Notes: generated by a model from the sequence alone, not told the origin. A stretch of 64,000 nucleotides of DNA from Candidatus Methylomirabilia bacterium (GCA_041490825.1 JBGPTW010000002.1:28445-92444); one strand, 5' to 3'. Positions 21,383-31,751 are shown, counted from the stretch's first letter. A program made the numbers and translations.

Positions 21383-23814
21383 TGCGCCAGGGTCAGCGCG
21401 ACGAGAGCCGCCCACATCAATCCATTGCGCGGCAGGCGCCACCACCTGACCCGATCGGATCGGCAGTTCATCGCCTGGAACGGATGGATCAGGACGAGCG
21501 AGACGAACGCGACCGTGTTCGCCCGGACGCCGGCGCGGTCCGTGAACACGACGAGCAGGTACGCGCTCAGGACGCCGAGCGCCAGCAGCATGCCCTCCAG
21601 CACCATCCGGCCTCCGAAGCGCCACGTCACGATCGCTTCGCGGGGGTCGCGCGGTGGGCGCCGCATGACGTCGGGCTCCGCCGGGTCGCGAATCAGCGCG
21701 ACCGCCGGGAGGATGTCGGTGACGAGGTTGACCCAGAGGATCTGCAGCGGCAGCAATGGCGGCGGAAAGCCCAGAATGACCGCGGCGAAGATCGTCATGA
21801 TCTCCGACACGTTGCACGAGAAGAGAAAGTGGATGACCTTCCTCAGATTCGCGTAGATCACGCGGCCTTCCTCGATCGCGTTCACGATCGTCGAGAAGTC
21901 GTCGTCGGCCAGCACGACGTCGGCGGCCTCTCGCGCCATGTCCGTGCCACGCAGTCCCATCGCGATGCCGATGTCGGCGCGCGCCAGCGCCGGCGCGTCG
22001 TTGACGCCGTCGCCGGTCATCGCGACGATTTCTCCCTGCGCCTGCAGCCGGGCCACGAGCGCGAGCTTCTCCTCGGGGCTCATCCGGCTGCGGATCGCGT
22101 CAGCCGGGATGCCGAGCTCCGCCCCGACCGCCTCGGCGGTCGCGCGCTGATCGCCCGTCAGCATGATCGTGCGGACACCCGCGTCACGACACCGGACCAG
22201 CGCGTCCTTCACTCCCGCCCGCACCGGATCCTTCAACGCGAGGAACCCGAGGAACGTGAGCGCATCGAGCCCCTCACCGCGCTCGGCGCCTCTATGCCAG
22301 GCGACGGCGAGAACGCGCAGGCCTTGCCGCGCGAGCGCCCGATTCAGCTCGAGCGCAGCGTCGCGCTGCTCGCTGGTGAGCGGCACGGCGCCTCGCACCG
22401 TCGGCACGGCCGGACACCGGTCGAGCACGCTGTCCGGCGCACCTTTCACGAGCAACGCTCGGCGCCCGTCGGGCATGTCGTGCCACGTCGCCATGATCCG
22501 TGTCGCCGGATCGAACGGTCGTTCCATCCGCCGGGGCCAGTCGCGTCTCAGACGCTCCACGTCGATGCCCGCCTCGTGCGCGGCCCGGACGAGCGCGGTC
22601 TCGGTCGGATCGCCGATGAGGCGGACACCGTCCGGGCGCCGGTCGATCCCCGCATCGTTCACGAGCGCGGCGACGCTCAGCAGGTGCGCGACGTCCGGAT
22701 CATGGGCGTCTCGCGTGAGATCGACGAGACGGTCGTGCACGGTCGCGCGGACAACCGTCATACGATTCTCCGTCATCGTGCCGGTCTTGTCCGCGCAGAT
22801 GACGCTGGTGGAGCCGAGCGTCTCGACCGCGGGCAGGCGGCGGACCAGCGCGTGCCAGCGCGCCAGGCGCCACACGCCCGCCGCCAGCGCCATCGCGGTG
22901 ACGGCGGGCAAGCCTTCCGGGATCGCCGCCACGGCGAGACTGATCGCGGTCTCCAGCATCAGTCCGAGGGGTTCTCCGTGAAGGACGCCGACGATCGCGA
23001 CGAGGGCGCAAATCGCCAGCGCGATCCCGATCAGTCTCCGCCCCAGGCGCTCAATTTGCGCTTCGAGCGGCGTCGCGCGCTCCCCGGCTCCCGCCACGAC
23101 TTCACCGATCCGTCCAAGCTCCGTCTCCGCTCCGGTCGCGGTGACGATGCCGCGCCCGGTACCACGCAGCACCGCAGTGCCGAGATAGACCATCGTGACG
23201 CGATCGACCAGCGGCGCGTCGGCCGCCAGGCTCGCGTCGCAGCGCTTCTCGACTGGAGCGCTTTCTCCGCTGAGGCTCGCCTCGCTCACCTCGAGCGCTG
23301 CGCACGCGATGACGCGGGCGTCGGCAGGAACGAGCGCTCCGGCCTCGAGCACGATGACGTCGCCCGGCACGATATCGGCCGCTGGCACGCGCACGAGTCG
23401 GCCCTGGCGCCACGCGAGGGCTTCGGGGACGGCGAGCGCGCGGAGCTTGGCCAGAGACGTGCGCGCGCGCAACCCGGTCACGAACCCGATCGCCGCATTC
23501 AACATGACCGCGACCAGGATGGCGACGGCTTCGGCAGTTTCCCCCAGCACGGCGGCGGCGGTCGTCGCGCCGAGCAGGAGCAATACCACGACACTCCGAA
23601 CCTGCGCGAGAACGAGCAGCCACAACGAGCGCTCGTGAAGATCTCCGACGCGATTGGGCCCGGTCTCCGCGAGGCGCCGCCGCGCCTCGTCATCGGTGAG
23701 TCCGCGCCCGGCATCTGCGTCGAGCGCACGTGCGACCTCGCGGACGTCGAGTGCGTGCCAGGCGGGGCGACTCGCCAGTCGAAGAGGCGCGGGCCGGCCG
23801 CACGCCAACGTCAT
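21217..23814 (-). CDS. P2A-type (Ca2+/cation) transporting ATPase (paralog b)
   Basis: N-terminal GLTDDEARRRLAETGPNRV, TGES (SGESAPV), DKTGTMTEN, AIPEGLPAV, TGDGVNDAPALARADIGIAMG; start ATG abuts stop of paralog c. Confidence 0.9.
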   Translation of the reverse strand: MTLACGRPAPLRLASRPAWHALDVREVARALDADAGRGLTDDEARRRLAETGPNRVGDLHERSLWLLVLAQVRSVVVLLLLGATTAAAVLGETAEAVAILVAVMLNAAIGFVTGLRARTSLAKLRALAVPEALAWRQGRLVRVPAADIVPGDVIVLEAGALVPADARVIACAALEVSEASLSGESAPVEKRCDASLAADAPLVDRVTMVYLGTAVLRGTGRGIVTATGAETELGRIGEVVAGAGERATPLEAQIERLGRRLIGIALAICALVAIVGVLHGEPLGLMLETAISLAVAAIPEGLPAVTAMALAAGVWRLARWHALVRRLPAVETLGSTSVICADKTGTMTENRMTVVRATVHDRLVDLTRDAHDPDVAHLLSVAALVNDAGIDRRPDGVRLIGDPTETALVRAAHEAGIDVERLRRDWPRRMERPFDPATRIMATWHDMPDGRRALLVKGAPDSVLDRCPAVPTVRGAVPLTSEQRDAALELNRALARQGLRVLAVAWHRGAERGEGLDALTFLGFLALKDPVRAGVKDALVRCRDAGVRTIMLTGDQRATAEAVGAELGIPADAIRSRMSPEEKLALVARLQAQGEIVAMTGDGVNDAPALARADIGIAMGLRGTDMAREAADVVLADDDFSTIVNAIEEGRVIYANLRKVIHFLFSCNVSEIMTIFAAVILGFPPPLLPLQILWVNLVTDILPAVALIRDPAEPDVMRRPPRDPREAIVTWRFGGRMVLEGMLLALGVLSAYLLVVFTDRAGVRANTVAFVSLVLIHPFQAMNCRSDRVRWWRLPRNGLMWAALVALTLAQWWAISWAPASRLLGSIPLSASDWLVSIVAVLWPVLVLEWLKGGRLMGSVSGTTA

Positions 23815-26800
23815 CCCGGTCCCGACCACCACCGGACACACCACTTCCTCGCCTCCTCCAGCGCGAGCATCGCGGGCGGAAACAGCAGGAGGAGCTGCCA
23901 CTCCCGAAACGATGGCGGCACCAGACCGAAGACGCTGGGAAACGGCGGAACGAACATCAGCCCGAGCAGGATTCCCACTTCGGCGGCGATCCCGACGAGC
24001 ACCAGCCGGTTGGACGTGACACCGATCCGGAACAGAGAGTCGCGGTCGGTGCGACACGCGAAGACGTTGCCGATCTGGGCCGCCACGATACCCGCGAGCG
24101 TCATCGTGGTGGCGCGGCGATACAGCTCGCCGTCAGCGGCCATCGGGAGTCCCGGGCGCCAGCCCGCCAGCCAGTAGACCCAGAAGAACGCGAGCAGGGA
24201 CAACGCGGCTTCCGCCACGCCGAGGAAGGCGTAGGCGCGGAGTAGCCGCGCCGGCCCCAGCAGCCGCTCGTCTCGGGCGCGAGGCGAGCGGTCCATCACG
24301 CCGGGCTCCGGCTCTTCAGCGCCGAGCGCCAGCGCCGGAAGCAGATCGGTGCCGAGATCCACCGCGAGAATCTGCATCACGGTCAGCGGCAGCGGGATTC
24401 CGAGAAGAACGAACGCGAGAAACGGAACCAGCTCGGGCACGTTCGACGCGAAGATGTAGGTGACGAACTTGCCCATGTTGTCCCAGGTCGCGCGTCCCTG
24501 CCGGATGGCGGCCACGATCGACGCGAAGTTGTCGTCGGTGATCACCATCTCCGCGGCTTCCTTCGCCACGTCGCTGCCCCGCCGGCCCATCGCGACACCG
24601 ATGTCAGCCGCCTTGAGCGCGGGCGCGTCGTTGACGCCGTCTCCGGTCACGGCCACAACCTCGCGGAGCGCCTCGAGCGTCGAGACGATCGAGAGCTTGT
24701 GGGCCGGCGACACCCGGGCGAAGAGGACGTTCGGCTGCGCGATGAGATCGGCAAGCGCCGGGGGCGGCAGCCGATCCAGCTCCTCGCCGGTCACGACCTT
24801 GTCGACCGGCAGCCCGAGCTGGCGCGCGATCGCCTGCGCGGTGAGGCCGTAGTCTCCCGTCATCATGACGACGCGGACTCCGGCACGGCGGCAGAGCGCG
24901 ACGGCGTCCTTCACCTCCGGTCGAGGCGGATCCGAGAGCGCCACGAGGCCGAGGAATGTCAGTTCGCGCTCGACCGCCGCAGCCGGCCCTCCGATGAGCC
25001 TTTTCTCGACCGGACGCACGGCGACCGCCAGGATACGGAGCCCGTCGACCGCGAGCCGATCGTGGGCGCGGAGGATCTCGCTCCGGAGCTCGTCGGTGAG
25101 AGGGCGGGTCGCGGTGCCCCAGCGGATTCGGTCGCAGAGCGCGAGCGTTTCCCTGGGCGCGCCCTTCACGAATGCGACGGCGCTGCCGTCGATGGCGCGG
25201 ACGAGCGTCATTCGCTTCCGGAACGAGTCGAAGGGGTACGGCGCGAGCAGCGAGTGGGCGTTCCGCAGGTGTTCCGCTGCGATCCCCGCCTCGGCGGCGA
25301 GCGCGACGAGAGCCATCTCGGTCGGATCCCCGCGGTCAGCCGTCGCCTGGGACGCGAGCACCGCCACCTCGAGGAGCTCCCGCAGGTCGCCCGCCGGCTC
25401 CGGAAGGCTGTCGTCGACCGGGACCGTCTGTCCTGATGCCCACACGAAGCAGGCCCTCATGCGGTTCTGCGTGAGCGTGCCGGTCTTGTCGGTGCAGATG
25501 ACGGTCGTAGCGCCGAGCGCCTCGATGGCCGAGAGCCGCTTCACCAGGCAGCGCTCCCGAGCGAGGCGCTTCACGCCGAACGCGAGCGCCAGTGTGAGCG
25601 TGGGCAGGAGTCCTTCCGGGACATTGGCGACGATGACGCCGAGCGCGAAGACGAATCCTTGTGTCACTGTCAAGAGCCGCATCGACACCCCGAGGACGAA
25701 GAAACCGACGCCCAGTGAGACGGCCAATCCCGTCACGATCCGGGTCACGCGCACCATCTCGCGCTGGAGCGGACTCGGCTCTTCCGGCACCGACTGCGTG
25801 AGATGCGCGATGGTGCCGATCTCGGTCGCCATGCCCGTCGCCATGACGGCGAAGCTCGCGCTGCCAGCGACCACACCGGTGCCGGCGAACACGAGCTCGT
25901 GACGCTCCTGCCGGGGCACGCTCTCGCGCGCGTTCCCGACTGCGGGGAGCTTGAAGACGGGATGCGATTCTCCCGTCAAGGCGCTCTGATCCACCCTGAG
26001 CCCGGTCGCCGTCAGAAGCTGTCCGTCCGCCGGGATCTGATCTCCCTCGTCCAGCCGGGCCACGTCGCCGGGCACGATGTCCGTCGTCGCTGTCTTCGTC
26101 TCGACGCCATCGCGCAGCACGGTGATCTCGTGCGGCAGAAGCTCCTGGAGAGCCTCGATGGCTCTCTCGGCGCGGTACTCCTGAAAGAAGCTGAACACGC
26201 CGTTGACGACGATCACCGCGAATACCGCCCAGCCGAGCTCCGGCAGGTCGGCGAGTAACGCGAGGCCGCCCGCGACCCACAGGAGCACCGCGAAGAAGCT
26301 CAGAAACTGCGAGAGACACCGAACCAGCAGTGATCGCCGCGCGATCCGCTCCAGCCGGTTCGGGCCGCACCGACGAAGTCGGTCACGAGCCTCGGTCGTC
26401 GTGAGGCCCGCCGGGCTCGAGTGAAGCAGCGCGAGGAGCTCTTCCGTGCCGAGCACGGATTCTCCCGCACCTTCGTCGGCCGCGGCGAGGATGCGAACAA
26501 GCTCCTCGCGGGTGGTGGCCGAGAGAGTCCGCGTGATGATCGCAGCATCTCGTACGCAGGCCTTGAGACGCGCGACCAGGCGCAGAACGCGGCTGCTGGC
26601 GTCGATGGACGCGCTCACGACGAGGACGATCTCGACCGGCTCGTGGGCTTTATCCAGCGCCGAGGCATGCATCACGCGGGCCCACCGAAGCGTGACGCTC
26701 GTTGCCGCCGGGTCGAGCACGTGAATCAGCCCGACCCGCGGCGCAAGCGGCACATACGTGTGCTTCGCGAGCGGATCAAGACCGAACGCCACGACGACGT

Positions 26801-26879
26801 CCGATACGGACGTGACCTCGGACCCGAAGCGACCCGGATCGCCGGCAAGAAACGGGGAGATCGCCAGCGCGCGGACCAT
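23811..26879 (-). CDS. P2-type cation-transporting ATPase (paralog c) with about 130-150 aa N-terminal extension of unknown function
   Basis: GLTTTEARDRLRRCGPNRL, TGESHPV, DKTGTLTQN, VPEGLLPTL, TGDGVNDAPALKAADIGVAMG. First plausible ATG at 26879; alternative ATG near 26670. Confidence 0.85.
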   Translation of the reverse strand: MVRALAISPFLAGDPGRFGSEVTSVSDVVVAFGLDPLAKHTYVPLAPRVGLIHVLDPAATSVTLRWARVMHASALDKAHEPVEIVLVVSASIDASSRVLRLVARLKACVRDAAIITRTLSATTREELVRILAAADEGAGESVLGTEELLALLHSSPAGLTTTEARDRLRRCGPNRLERIARRSLLVRCLSQFLSFFAVLLWVAGGLALLADLPELGWAVFAVIVVNGVFSFFQEYRAERAIEALQELLPHEITVLRDGVETKTATTDIVPGDVARLDEGDQIPADGQLLTATGLRVDQSALTGESHPVFKLPAVGNARESVPRQERHELVFAGTGVVAGSASFAVMATGMATEIGTIAHLTQSVPEEPSPLQREMVRVTRIVTGLAVSLGVGFFVLGVSMRLLTVTQGFVFALGVIVANVPEGLLPTLTLALAFGVKRLARERCLVKRLSAIEALGATTVICTDKTGTLTQNRMRACFVWASGQTVPVDDSLPEPAGDLRELLEVAVLASQATADRGDPTEMALVALAAEAGIAAEHLRNAHSLLAPYPFDSFRKRMTLVRAIDGSAVAFVKGAPRETLALCDRIRWGTATRPLTDELRSEILRAHDRLAVDGLRILAVAVRPVEKRLIGGPAAAVERELTFLGLVALSDPPRPEVKDAVALCRRAGVRVVMMTGDYGLTAQAIARQLGLPVDKVVTGEELDRLPPPALADLIAQPNVLFARVSPAHKLSIVSTLEALREVVAVTGDGVNDAPALKAADIGVAMGRRGSDVAKEAAEMVITDDNFASIVAAIRQGRATWDNMGKFVTYIFASNVPELVPFLAFVLLGIPLPLTVMQILAVDLGTDLLPALALGAEEPEPGVMDRSPRARDERLLGPARLLRAYAFLGVAEAALSLLAFFWVYWLAGWRPGLPMAADGELYRRATTMTLAGIVAAQIGNVFACRTDRDSLFRIGVTSNRLVLVGIAAEVGILLGLMFVPPFPSVFGLVPPSFREWQLLLLFPPAMLALEEARKWCVRWWSGPG

Positions 26880-27215
26880 CCCGGTGCTGGGGTGCAAATG
26901 TTCTGCCCCGAGCGACGGACCGGTGATCTCCCCGCCGTGTGCATATACGCCTTGACGCTGGCGGATGAGCCGATTGCGCGCCGTGGGGCACTGGCTCCCC
27001 ACTGGGGCGGGCCAAAACACGGCGGATGCTCGGGCAGCAAAGGCGAATCCACGTGTTATACCCCGTGGCAGTCCAGTGAGCCGGGTCCGTGTATGGCATC
27101 CGCGATGCACTTCGTCAGTCGGAAGCGTGGGTTCACTCGCGCCGATCGTCACGGCAGGGCGGCAACGTGAGCCGAATGAACCACCTCGCTGAATGGGGCT
27201 TGCCGGAGGATTCGT

Positions 27216-27908
27216 ATGGTGCTCCGATCCGTGGCGCGCAGCGACGGGATGTTCGCCAAGAAGCGACGTCGCATGGTGGAGTCGCAGATCGCCGCGCGCA
27301 GCGTGCGCGACCCTGCCGTCCTCACCGCGATGGGAAAGGTCGCGCGCGAAGAGTTCGTGCCTGATCGCCTCGCGGTCGAGGCGTACGAGGACGGGCCGCT
27401 TCCGATCGGCGACGGCCAGACGATCTCCCAGCCGTACATCGTGGCCGTGATGACGGAGGCGCTGCGTCTCCAGCCGGGCGACCGCGTCCTCGAAATCGGG
27501 ACGGGCTCGGGCTACGCGGCCGCCGTGCTGGCGGAGATCGCGCTGGAGGTCTACTCGATCGAGCGCATCGCCTCCCTCGCAGACGCCTCTCGCCGTCGCC
27601 TCGCCGATCTCGGATATACCAACGTGCAGATCCTTCACGGCGACGGCACGCTCGGCTGGCCCGAGCAGGCGCCGTACGACGCGATCGTCGTCACGGCGGG
27701 CGGGCCCGACGTGCCGAAGGCGCTGCTCGAGCAGCTCACGATCGGTGGGCGGCTCGTCATCCCAGTCGGCTCGTTGCCGCGCTTCCAGCAGCTCCTGCGT
27801 CTCGTGCGCACCGGCGATGAGACGTACGAGCGCGAGGACCTTGGCGAGGTCGCGTTCGTCCCGCTCATCGGTCGGGAGGGCTGGCCCGACAAGGAGCCCG
27901 CGCGATGA
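27216..27908 (+). CDS. pcm: Protein-L-isoaspartate O-methyltransferase
   Basis: GDGQTISQPYIVAVMTEAL...VLEIGTGSGYAAAVLA...YDAIVVTAG: PCMT SAM-binding motifs; 4-nt overlap with next gene. Confidence 0.9.
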   Translation: MVLRSVARSDGMFAKKRRRMVESQIAARSVRDPAVLTAMGKVAREEFVPDRLAVEAYEDGPLPIGDGQTISQPYIVAVMTEALRLQPGDRVLEIGTGSGYAAAVLAEIALEVYSIERIASLADASRRRLADLGYTNVQILHGDGTLGWPEQAPYDAIVVTAGGPDVPKALLEQLTIGGRLVIPVGSLPRFQQLLRLVRTGDETYEREDLGEVAFVPLIGREGWPDKEPAR

Positions 27909-29113
27909 CGCTGATCGTCGAGGCGCTGCGCCAGCCACCGGTCGCCGAGCGGCGCGTGGAGCTGGTCGAGCGCAAGGGCCTCGGGCATCCCGACACGATC
28001 TGTGACGCGCTCGTGGAAGCGATCGCCGTCGCGCTCAACCGCATGTACCGCGAGCGAGCCGGTGGGATCCTGCATTACAACGTCGACAAGGCGCTGCTCG
28101 TCGCCGGCCAGTGCGCGAAGCGGTTCGGCTGGGGCGAGCTGACACGGCCGATGGAGCTGATCGTCGGCGATCGGGCCACGTTCGAGGTCGACGGGCTCAA
28201 GCTACCGGTCGAGGAGACGATGCGAGAGGCCGTCGACGGCTGGCTCGCCAGGCATCTGCCGCGCGTACGTCCCGGTCGCGATCTACAACTCCGGAGTGTC
28301 CTGGCGCCAGGATCCGCGGAGCTCCGCGGCATCTTCGGCGGCCTCGACCGCGCCGTCGCCTCGAACGACACGTCAGCCGGGTCCGGGTATGCGCCGCTCA
28401 GCCCCGCCGAGCAGACCGTCCTCGCGGTCGAGACCTTCCTGAACGGCGTCGACTTCAAGACGCGCTTCCCTGACACCGGGGAGGACGTGAAGGTGTTCGG
28501 CGTGCGCGAGGACGATCGCATGGCGGTGACTGTCGCGATGCCGCTCGTCTGCTTCGCCGTGCCCTCGGAGGCGTCCTACTTCGCGCGCAAGGAGGAGATC
28601 CTCGGAGCGCTCGCGACGCGCTTCCGTGACGCGCCGCTGGCCCTCGACTGGCGACTGAACAATCTCGACGCGCCAGGCCGCGGCGCGGACGGCGCGTATC
28701 TCACCGTCACGGGTACGTCGGCCGAAGACGCCGATTCCGGGCAGGTCGGCCGCGGCAATCGCGCGAACGGGGTGATCGCGATCGCGCGCCCGGTGAGCGG
28801 CGAGGCCACCGCGGGTAAGAATGCGGTCGCGCATGCAGGCAAGGTTTACAACCTCTTCAGCCACCACGTCGCCGGCGTCGTGCACGCGCGATGTCCCGAG
28901 CTCCGTGAAGTCTACGTGCATCTGATGGCGCGCATCGGCGAGCCCATCGATCGCCCGTGGACGTCGGTACAAGTCATCCTCCCCGACGGCATGGCGCTGG
29001 CGGACGTCGAGCCCGCCATTCGCGAGGTCGTGGAGGCCGAGATCGCACGGCTGCCCGCGTTTCGCGAAGCGCTTTGCACGGGAGCGTACGCCGCCCCGGA
29101 TCTCCGACCGTAG
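27905..29113 (+). CDS. Archaeal-type S-adenosylmethionine synthetase (methionine adenosyltransferase, PF01941 type)
   Basis: ERKGLGHPDTICDALVEAIAVALNRMY and overall about 400 aa layout match archaeal MAT, not bacterial MetK. Confidence 0.85.
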   Translation: MTLIVEALRQPPVAERRVELVERKGLGHPDTICDALVEAIAVALNRMYRERAGGILHYNVDKALLVAGQCAKRFGWGELTRPMELIVGDRATFEVDGLKLPVEETMREAVDGWLARHLPRVRPGRDLQLRSVLAPGSAELRGIFGGLDRAVASNDTSAGSGYAPLSPAEQTVLAVETFLNGVDFKTRFPDTGEDVKVFGVREDDRMAVTVAMPLVCFAVPSEASYFARKEEILGALATRFRDAPLALDWRLNNLDAPGRGADGAYLTVTGTSAEDADSGQVGRGNRANGVIAIARPVSGEATAGKNAVAHAGKVYNLFSHHVAGVVHARCPELREVYVHLMARIGEPIDRPWTSVQVILPDGMALADVEPAIREVVEAEIARLPAFREALCTGAYAAPDLRP

Positions 29114-29252
29114 GCCCGGGGCGCTCAACCTCACGGGGCGCCGATGTCCCAGGTGGTGAGTCGGCTCGCCCCGCGTGGGCCAGAAGTATCGAGAGTTTCA
29201 GCGCGCTCGCTTGGCAAAGCTGATGCACGACCATCAGAGCGAGTCTTGCATC

Positions 29253-29588
29253 ATGGTGAAAACGGCTCCGTGCTCGGTCTGTGTCGCGAAAGAGTTTCGA
29301 CGGAGGCTTCGCACGGCCCGCCGGCGCCTCCTCGATGTCGATGGAACGACGAACCCCGGCCGGCGCAGGGCGACGCAGGTGAAGGATCGCCCGACGTGGG
29401 CGGCCGGTATGGCGCGGCTCTCGCGGCTCAACGGCCGCGAGCGCCGTGAGCTCAGCGAGATCGCGGCAGCGGAAGCGCGCCTCGACACCGGGATGTTCGG
29501 GCTGTGCGAAGCCTGTCGCCAGCCCATCGCCTTGGCGCGCCTGCGCGCATCGCCGACGGCGCGACGATGCCGCCGTTGCGAGGCCTGA
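29253..29588 (+). CDS. DksA/TraR-family C4 zinc-finger protein
   Basis: C-terminal ...EIAAAEARLDTGMFGLCEACRQPIALARLRASPTARRCRRCE: CxxC-17-CxxC DksA/TraR finger; start chosen at internal Met27. Confidence 0.7.
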   Translation: MVKTAPCSVCVAKEFRRRLRTARRRLLDVDGTTNPGRRRATQVKDRPTWAAGMARLSRLNGRERRELSEIAAAEARLDTGMFGLCEACRQPIALARLRASPTARRCRRCEA

Positions 29589-29594
29589 CTGATC

Positions 29595-30023
29595 GTGGGA
29601 CAGTACGCGTTCCTCGACGCAATCGCGGTGGCGGACTGCGCGCTGGAGATCGAAGGCCGAAGTCTCGATGACCTGTTCGAGACGGCCGCGCGCGCGCTGG
29701 CGGAGGTGATGGTCGATCCCGCCACGATGACCGCCACGGTCGCGCGGAATCTGAGTCTGACGGCTCCGTCGATCGATCTCCTCTTCTACGACTGGCTGTC
29801 GGAGCTGATCTTCCTCAAGGATCGCGAGGAGCTCGTCTTCACCGACGCCGTCGTCCAGGTCCGGGAGGCCGGCGACTACCAGCTGACCGCGCGTGTGACC
29901 GGGGGCCCGATCGACCGGGAGCGCACGGGCCTGAGGGCCGACGTCAAGGCCGTGACCTTCCACCAGTTCGCGATCGAGCCGACCACGAGGGGCTGGCGCG
30001 CGCGCGTCGTCCTCGACATCTGA
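29595..30023 (+). CDS. Archease (RtcB ligase cofactor)
   Basis: MGQYAFLDAIAVADCALEIEGRSLDDLF...ADVKAVTFHQFAIEPTTRGWRARVVLDI: archease N-term and conserved C-terminal KAVTxH...VVLDI. Confidence 0.85.
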   Translation: MGQYAFLDAIAVADCALEIEGRSLDDLFETAARALAEVMVDPATMTATVARNLSLTAPSIDLLFYDWLSELIFLKDREELVFTDAVVQVREAGDYQLTARVTGGPIDRERTGLRADVKAVTFHQFAIEPTTRGWRARVVLDI

Positions 30024-30032
30024 GACGGATCG

Positions 30033-31508
30033 ATGACGACGCTGGCTGTCGAGTCCCGTTCGATGAAAACCGTGCCGGTCGGCGACTGCATCTGGGAGAT
30101 CCCGCAAAGCGAGAAGCCCGGGATGCAGGTGCCCGCGCGGATCTACGCCTCGAGGGCGCTCCTCGAGCAGATGGATCAGGGCGTGTTCGAGCAGGTGACC
30201 AACGTCGCCTGCTTGCCCGGCATCGTTCGCGCCGCGCTCTGCATGCCCGACGGTCACTGGGGCTACGGCTTCCCGATCGGCGGCGTGGCGGCGTTCCGGG
30301 AGGACACGGGCGTGATTTCTCCCGGGGGAATCGGCTTCGACATCAACTGCGGGATGCGGTTGATCGCCACCACGCTCACCGAGACGGAGATCCGGCCGCG
30401 ACTGCGGGAACTGGTCGACGCGTTCTTTGCGGCCGTTCCGTCGGGCGTGGGCGCCCAAGGATCCGTCCGGCTGTCCGAAGACGAATTCCGGGACGTCATG
30501 GTGCACGGCGCCGGCTGGTGCGTCGAGCATGGATACGGCTGGCCGGACGACCTTGCCACCACCGAGGGCGCGGGCTGCCTCCCCGGCGCCGGACCCGATC
30601 GAGTGAGCGATCGCGCGATCCGGCGCGGCCTGAACCAGCTCGGCACGCTCGGATCCGGCAACCACTATCTCGAGATCCAGGTCGTCCCGGCTGACGGGAT
30701 CCACGACCCGCACGTCGCGAGCGTGTTCGGCGTCACCGGACCGGGACAGGTGCTGGTGATGCTCCACTGCGGATCCCGGGGGTTCGGCCACCAGGTCGGA
30801 ACCGACTATCTCCGGAAGTTCGACCAGGCCATGCGCGCGTACGGCATCACGGTCAGGGACCGCGAGCTGGCGTGCGCGCCATTCCGCTCGCCGGAAGGGC
30901 AGGCGTACTTCGGCGCGATGAACGCGGCGGCGAACGTGGCATTCGCCAACCGACAGGTGATCACGCACCGCATCCGCGAGGTGATGGCGCGGGTCTTCGG
31001 CCGCAGCGCTCGCGAGCTCGGACTCTCGGTGGTGTACGACGTCTGCCACAACACGGCGAAGCTCGAGCGCCACGTCGTCGACGGTGAGGCGCTCCAGCTC
31101 GTCGTGCACAGAAAGGGCGCCACGCGGTCGTTCGGCCCCGGCGCGCCCGATGTCCCGCCGGCGTACCGCGACGTCGGGCAGCCGGTGATCATCGGCGGGT
31201 CGATGGAGACCGGCTCGGCGCTGCTGGTGGGGACGGCGCACGCCATGAGAGAGACGTTCGGCTCCACGGCACACGGGGCCGGACGGACGATGTCGCGGGC
31301 TCAGGCCAGGCGCAAGGTCCGGGGCGAGACGCTCATCGCCGAGATGGCGGCGCGCGGCATCGTCGTCCGGGCGGCGTCGAAATCCGGCGTCGCCGAGGAG
31401 GCGGGCTTCGCCTACAAGAGCCTCGCCGACGTCGTCGACGTCGTCCATCGCCTCGACGTCTCGCGCCGGGTCGTGTCGCTCACACCGATCGGTAACGTGA
31501 AGGGCTGA
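30033..31508 (+). CDS. rtcB: RNA-splicing ligase RtcB
   Basis: MPDGHWGYGFPIGGVAAF, GGIGFDINCGMRL, NHYLEIQVV, HCGSRGFGHQV: canonical RtcB metal/GTP-binding motifs. Confidence 0.95.
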   Translation: MTTLAVESRSMKTVPVGDCIWEIPQSEKPGMQVPARIYASRALLEQMDQGVFEQVTNVACLPGIVRAALCMPDGHWGYGFPIGGVAAFREDTGVISPGGIGFDINCGMRLIATTLTETEIRPRLRELVDAFFAAVPSGVGAQGSVRLSEDEFRDVMVHGAGWCVEHGYGWPDDLATTEGAGCLPGAGPDRVSDRAIRRGLNQLGTLGSGNHYLEIQVVPADGIHDPHVASVFGVTGPGQVLVMLHCGSRGFGHQVGTDYLRKFDQAMRAYGITVRDRELACAPFRSPEGQAYFGAMNAAANVAFANRQVITHRIREVMARVFGRSARELGLSVVYDVCHNTAKLERHVVDGEALQLVVHRKGATRSFGPGAPDVPPAYRDVGQPVIIGGSMETGSALLVGTAHAMRETFGSTAHGAGRTMSRAQARRKVRGETLIAEMAARGIVVRAASKSGVAEEAGFAYKSLADVVDVVHRLDVSRRVVSLTPIGNVKG

Positions 31509-31525
31509 TCGGGGCAAGGAGGGCT

Positions 31526-31741
31526 GTGGCCATGAGCGTCTGCGCGATCTGCGGAGGACCCATCGCCGGGAAGGCCGGACTGTGTGGGGGGCATGCACTC
31601 GGCGCCGATGCGCGGTGGGCCATGACGAACCGGGTCATGTGCGATCTGCTCCACCGAGGGAAGCTGCCGGTCCGGATCGGGACGGCCGATCTGGACGAAG
31701 AGTCGTACGAGTCCGTGCCCTGCGAGATCACGGTCGTCTGA
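31526..31741 (+). CDS. Small Cys-rich (zinc-ribbon-like) protein downstream of rtcB
   Basis: MAMSVCAICGGPIAGKAGLCGGHALG...: CxxC...CGGH; 18 nt after rtcB stop. Confidence 0.4.
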   Translation: MAMSVCAICGGPIAGKAGLCGGHALGADARWAMTNRVMCDLLHRGKLPVRIGTADLDEESYESVPCEITVV

Positions 31742-31751
31742 AACCGGGACG

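Noticed and set aside
26880-27215. GC-rich overlapping palindromes (GTGGGG-N8-CCCCAC, CCCCA-C-TGGGG) in the P-type ATPase/pcm divergent promoter. Similar G/C dyads upstream of usp genes were considered as a DosR-like shared operator
   Set aside because: Arms and spacings differ between promoters. Such G/C dyads are expected by chance at 70% GC. No match to the GGGACT-N-AGTCCC DosR consensus; this needs a proper motif search.
28974-31598. 874-aa ORF on the minus strand (and similar long antisense ORFs such as 12180..14192 -, 21160..24177 +, 37474..39204 +, 34711..35622 +, 38..874 -)
   Set aside because: Arg/Gly/Ala/Pro-rich low-complexity translations lying antisense or out of frame to well-supported genes (RtcB, FtsH, P-type ATPases, GroEL, FAAL). 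Typical high-GC stop-codon-poor artefacts.
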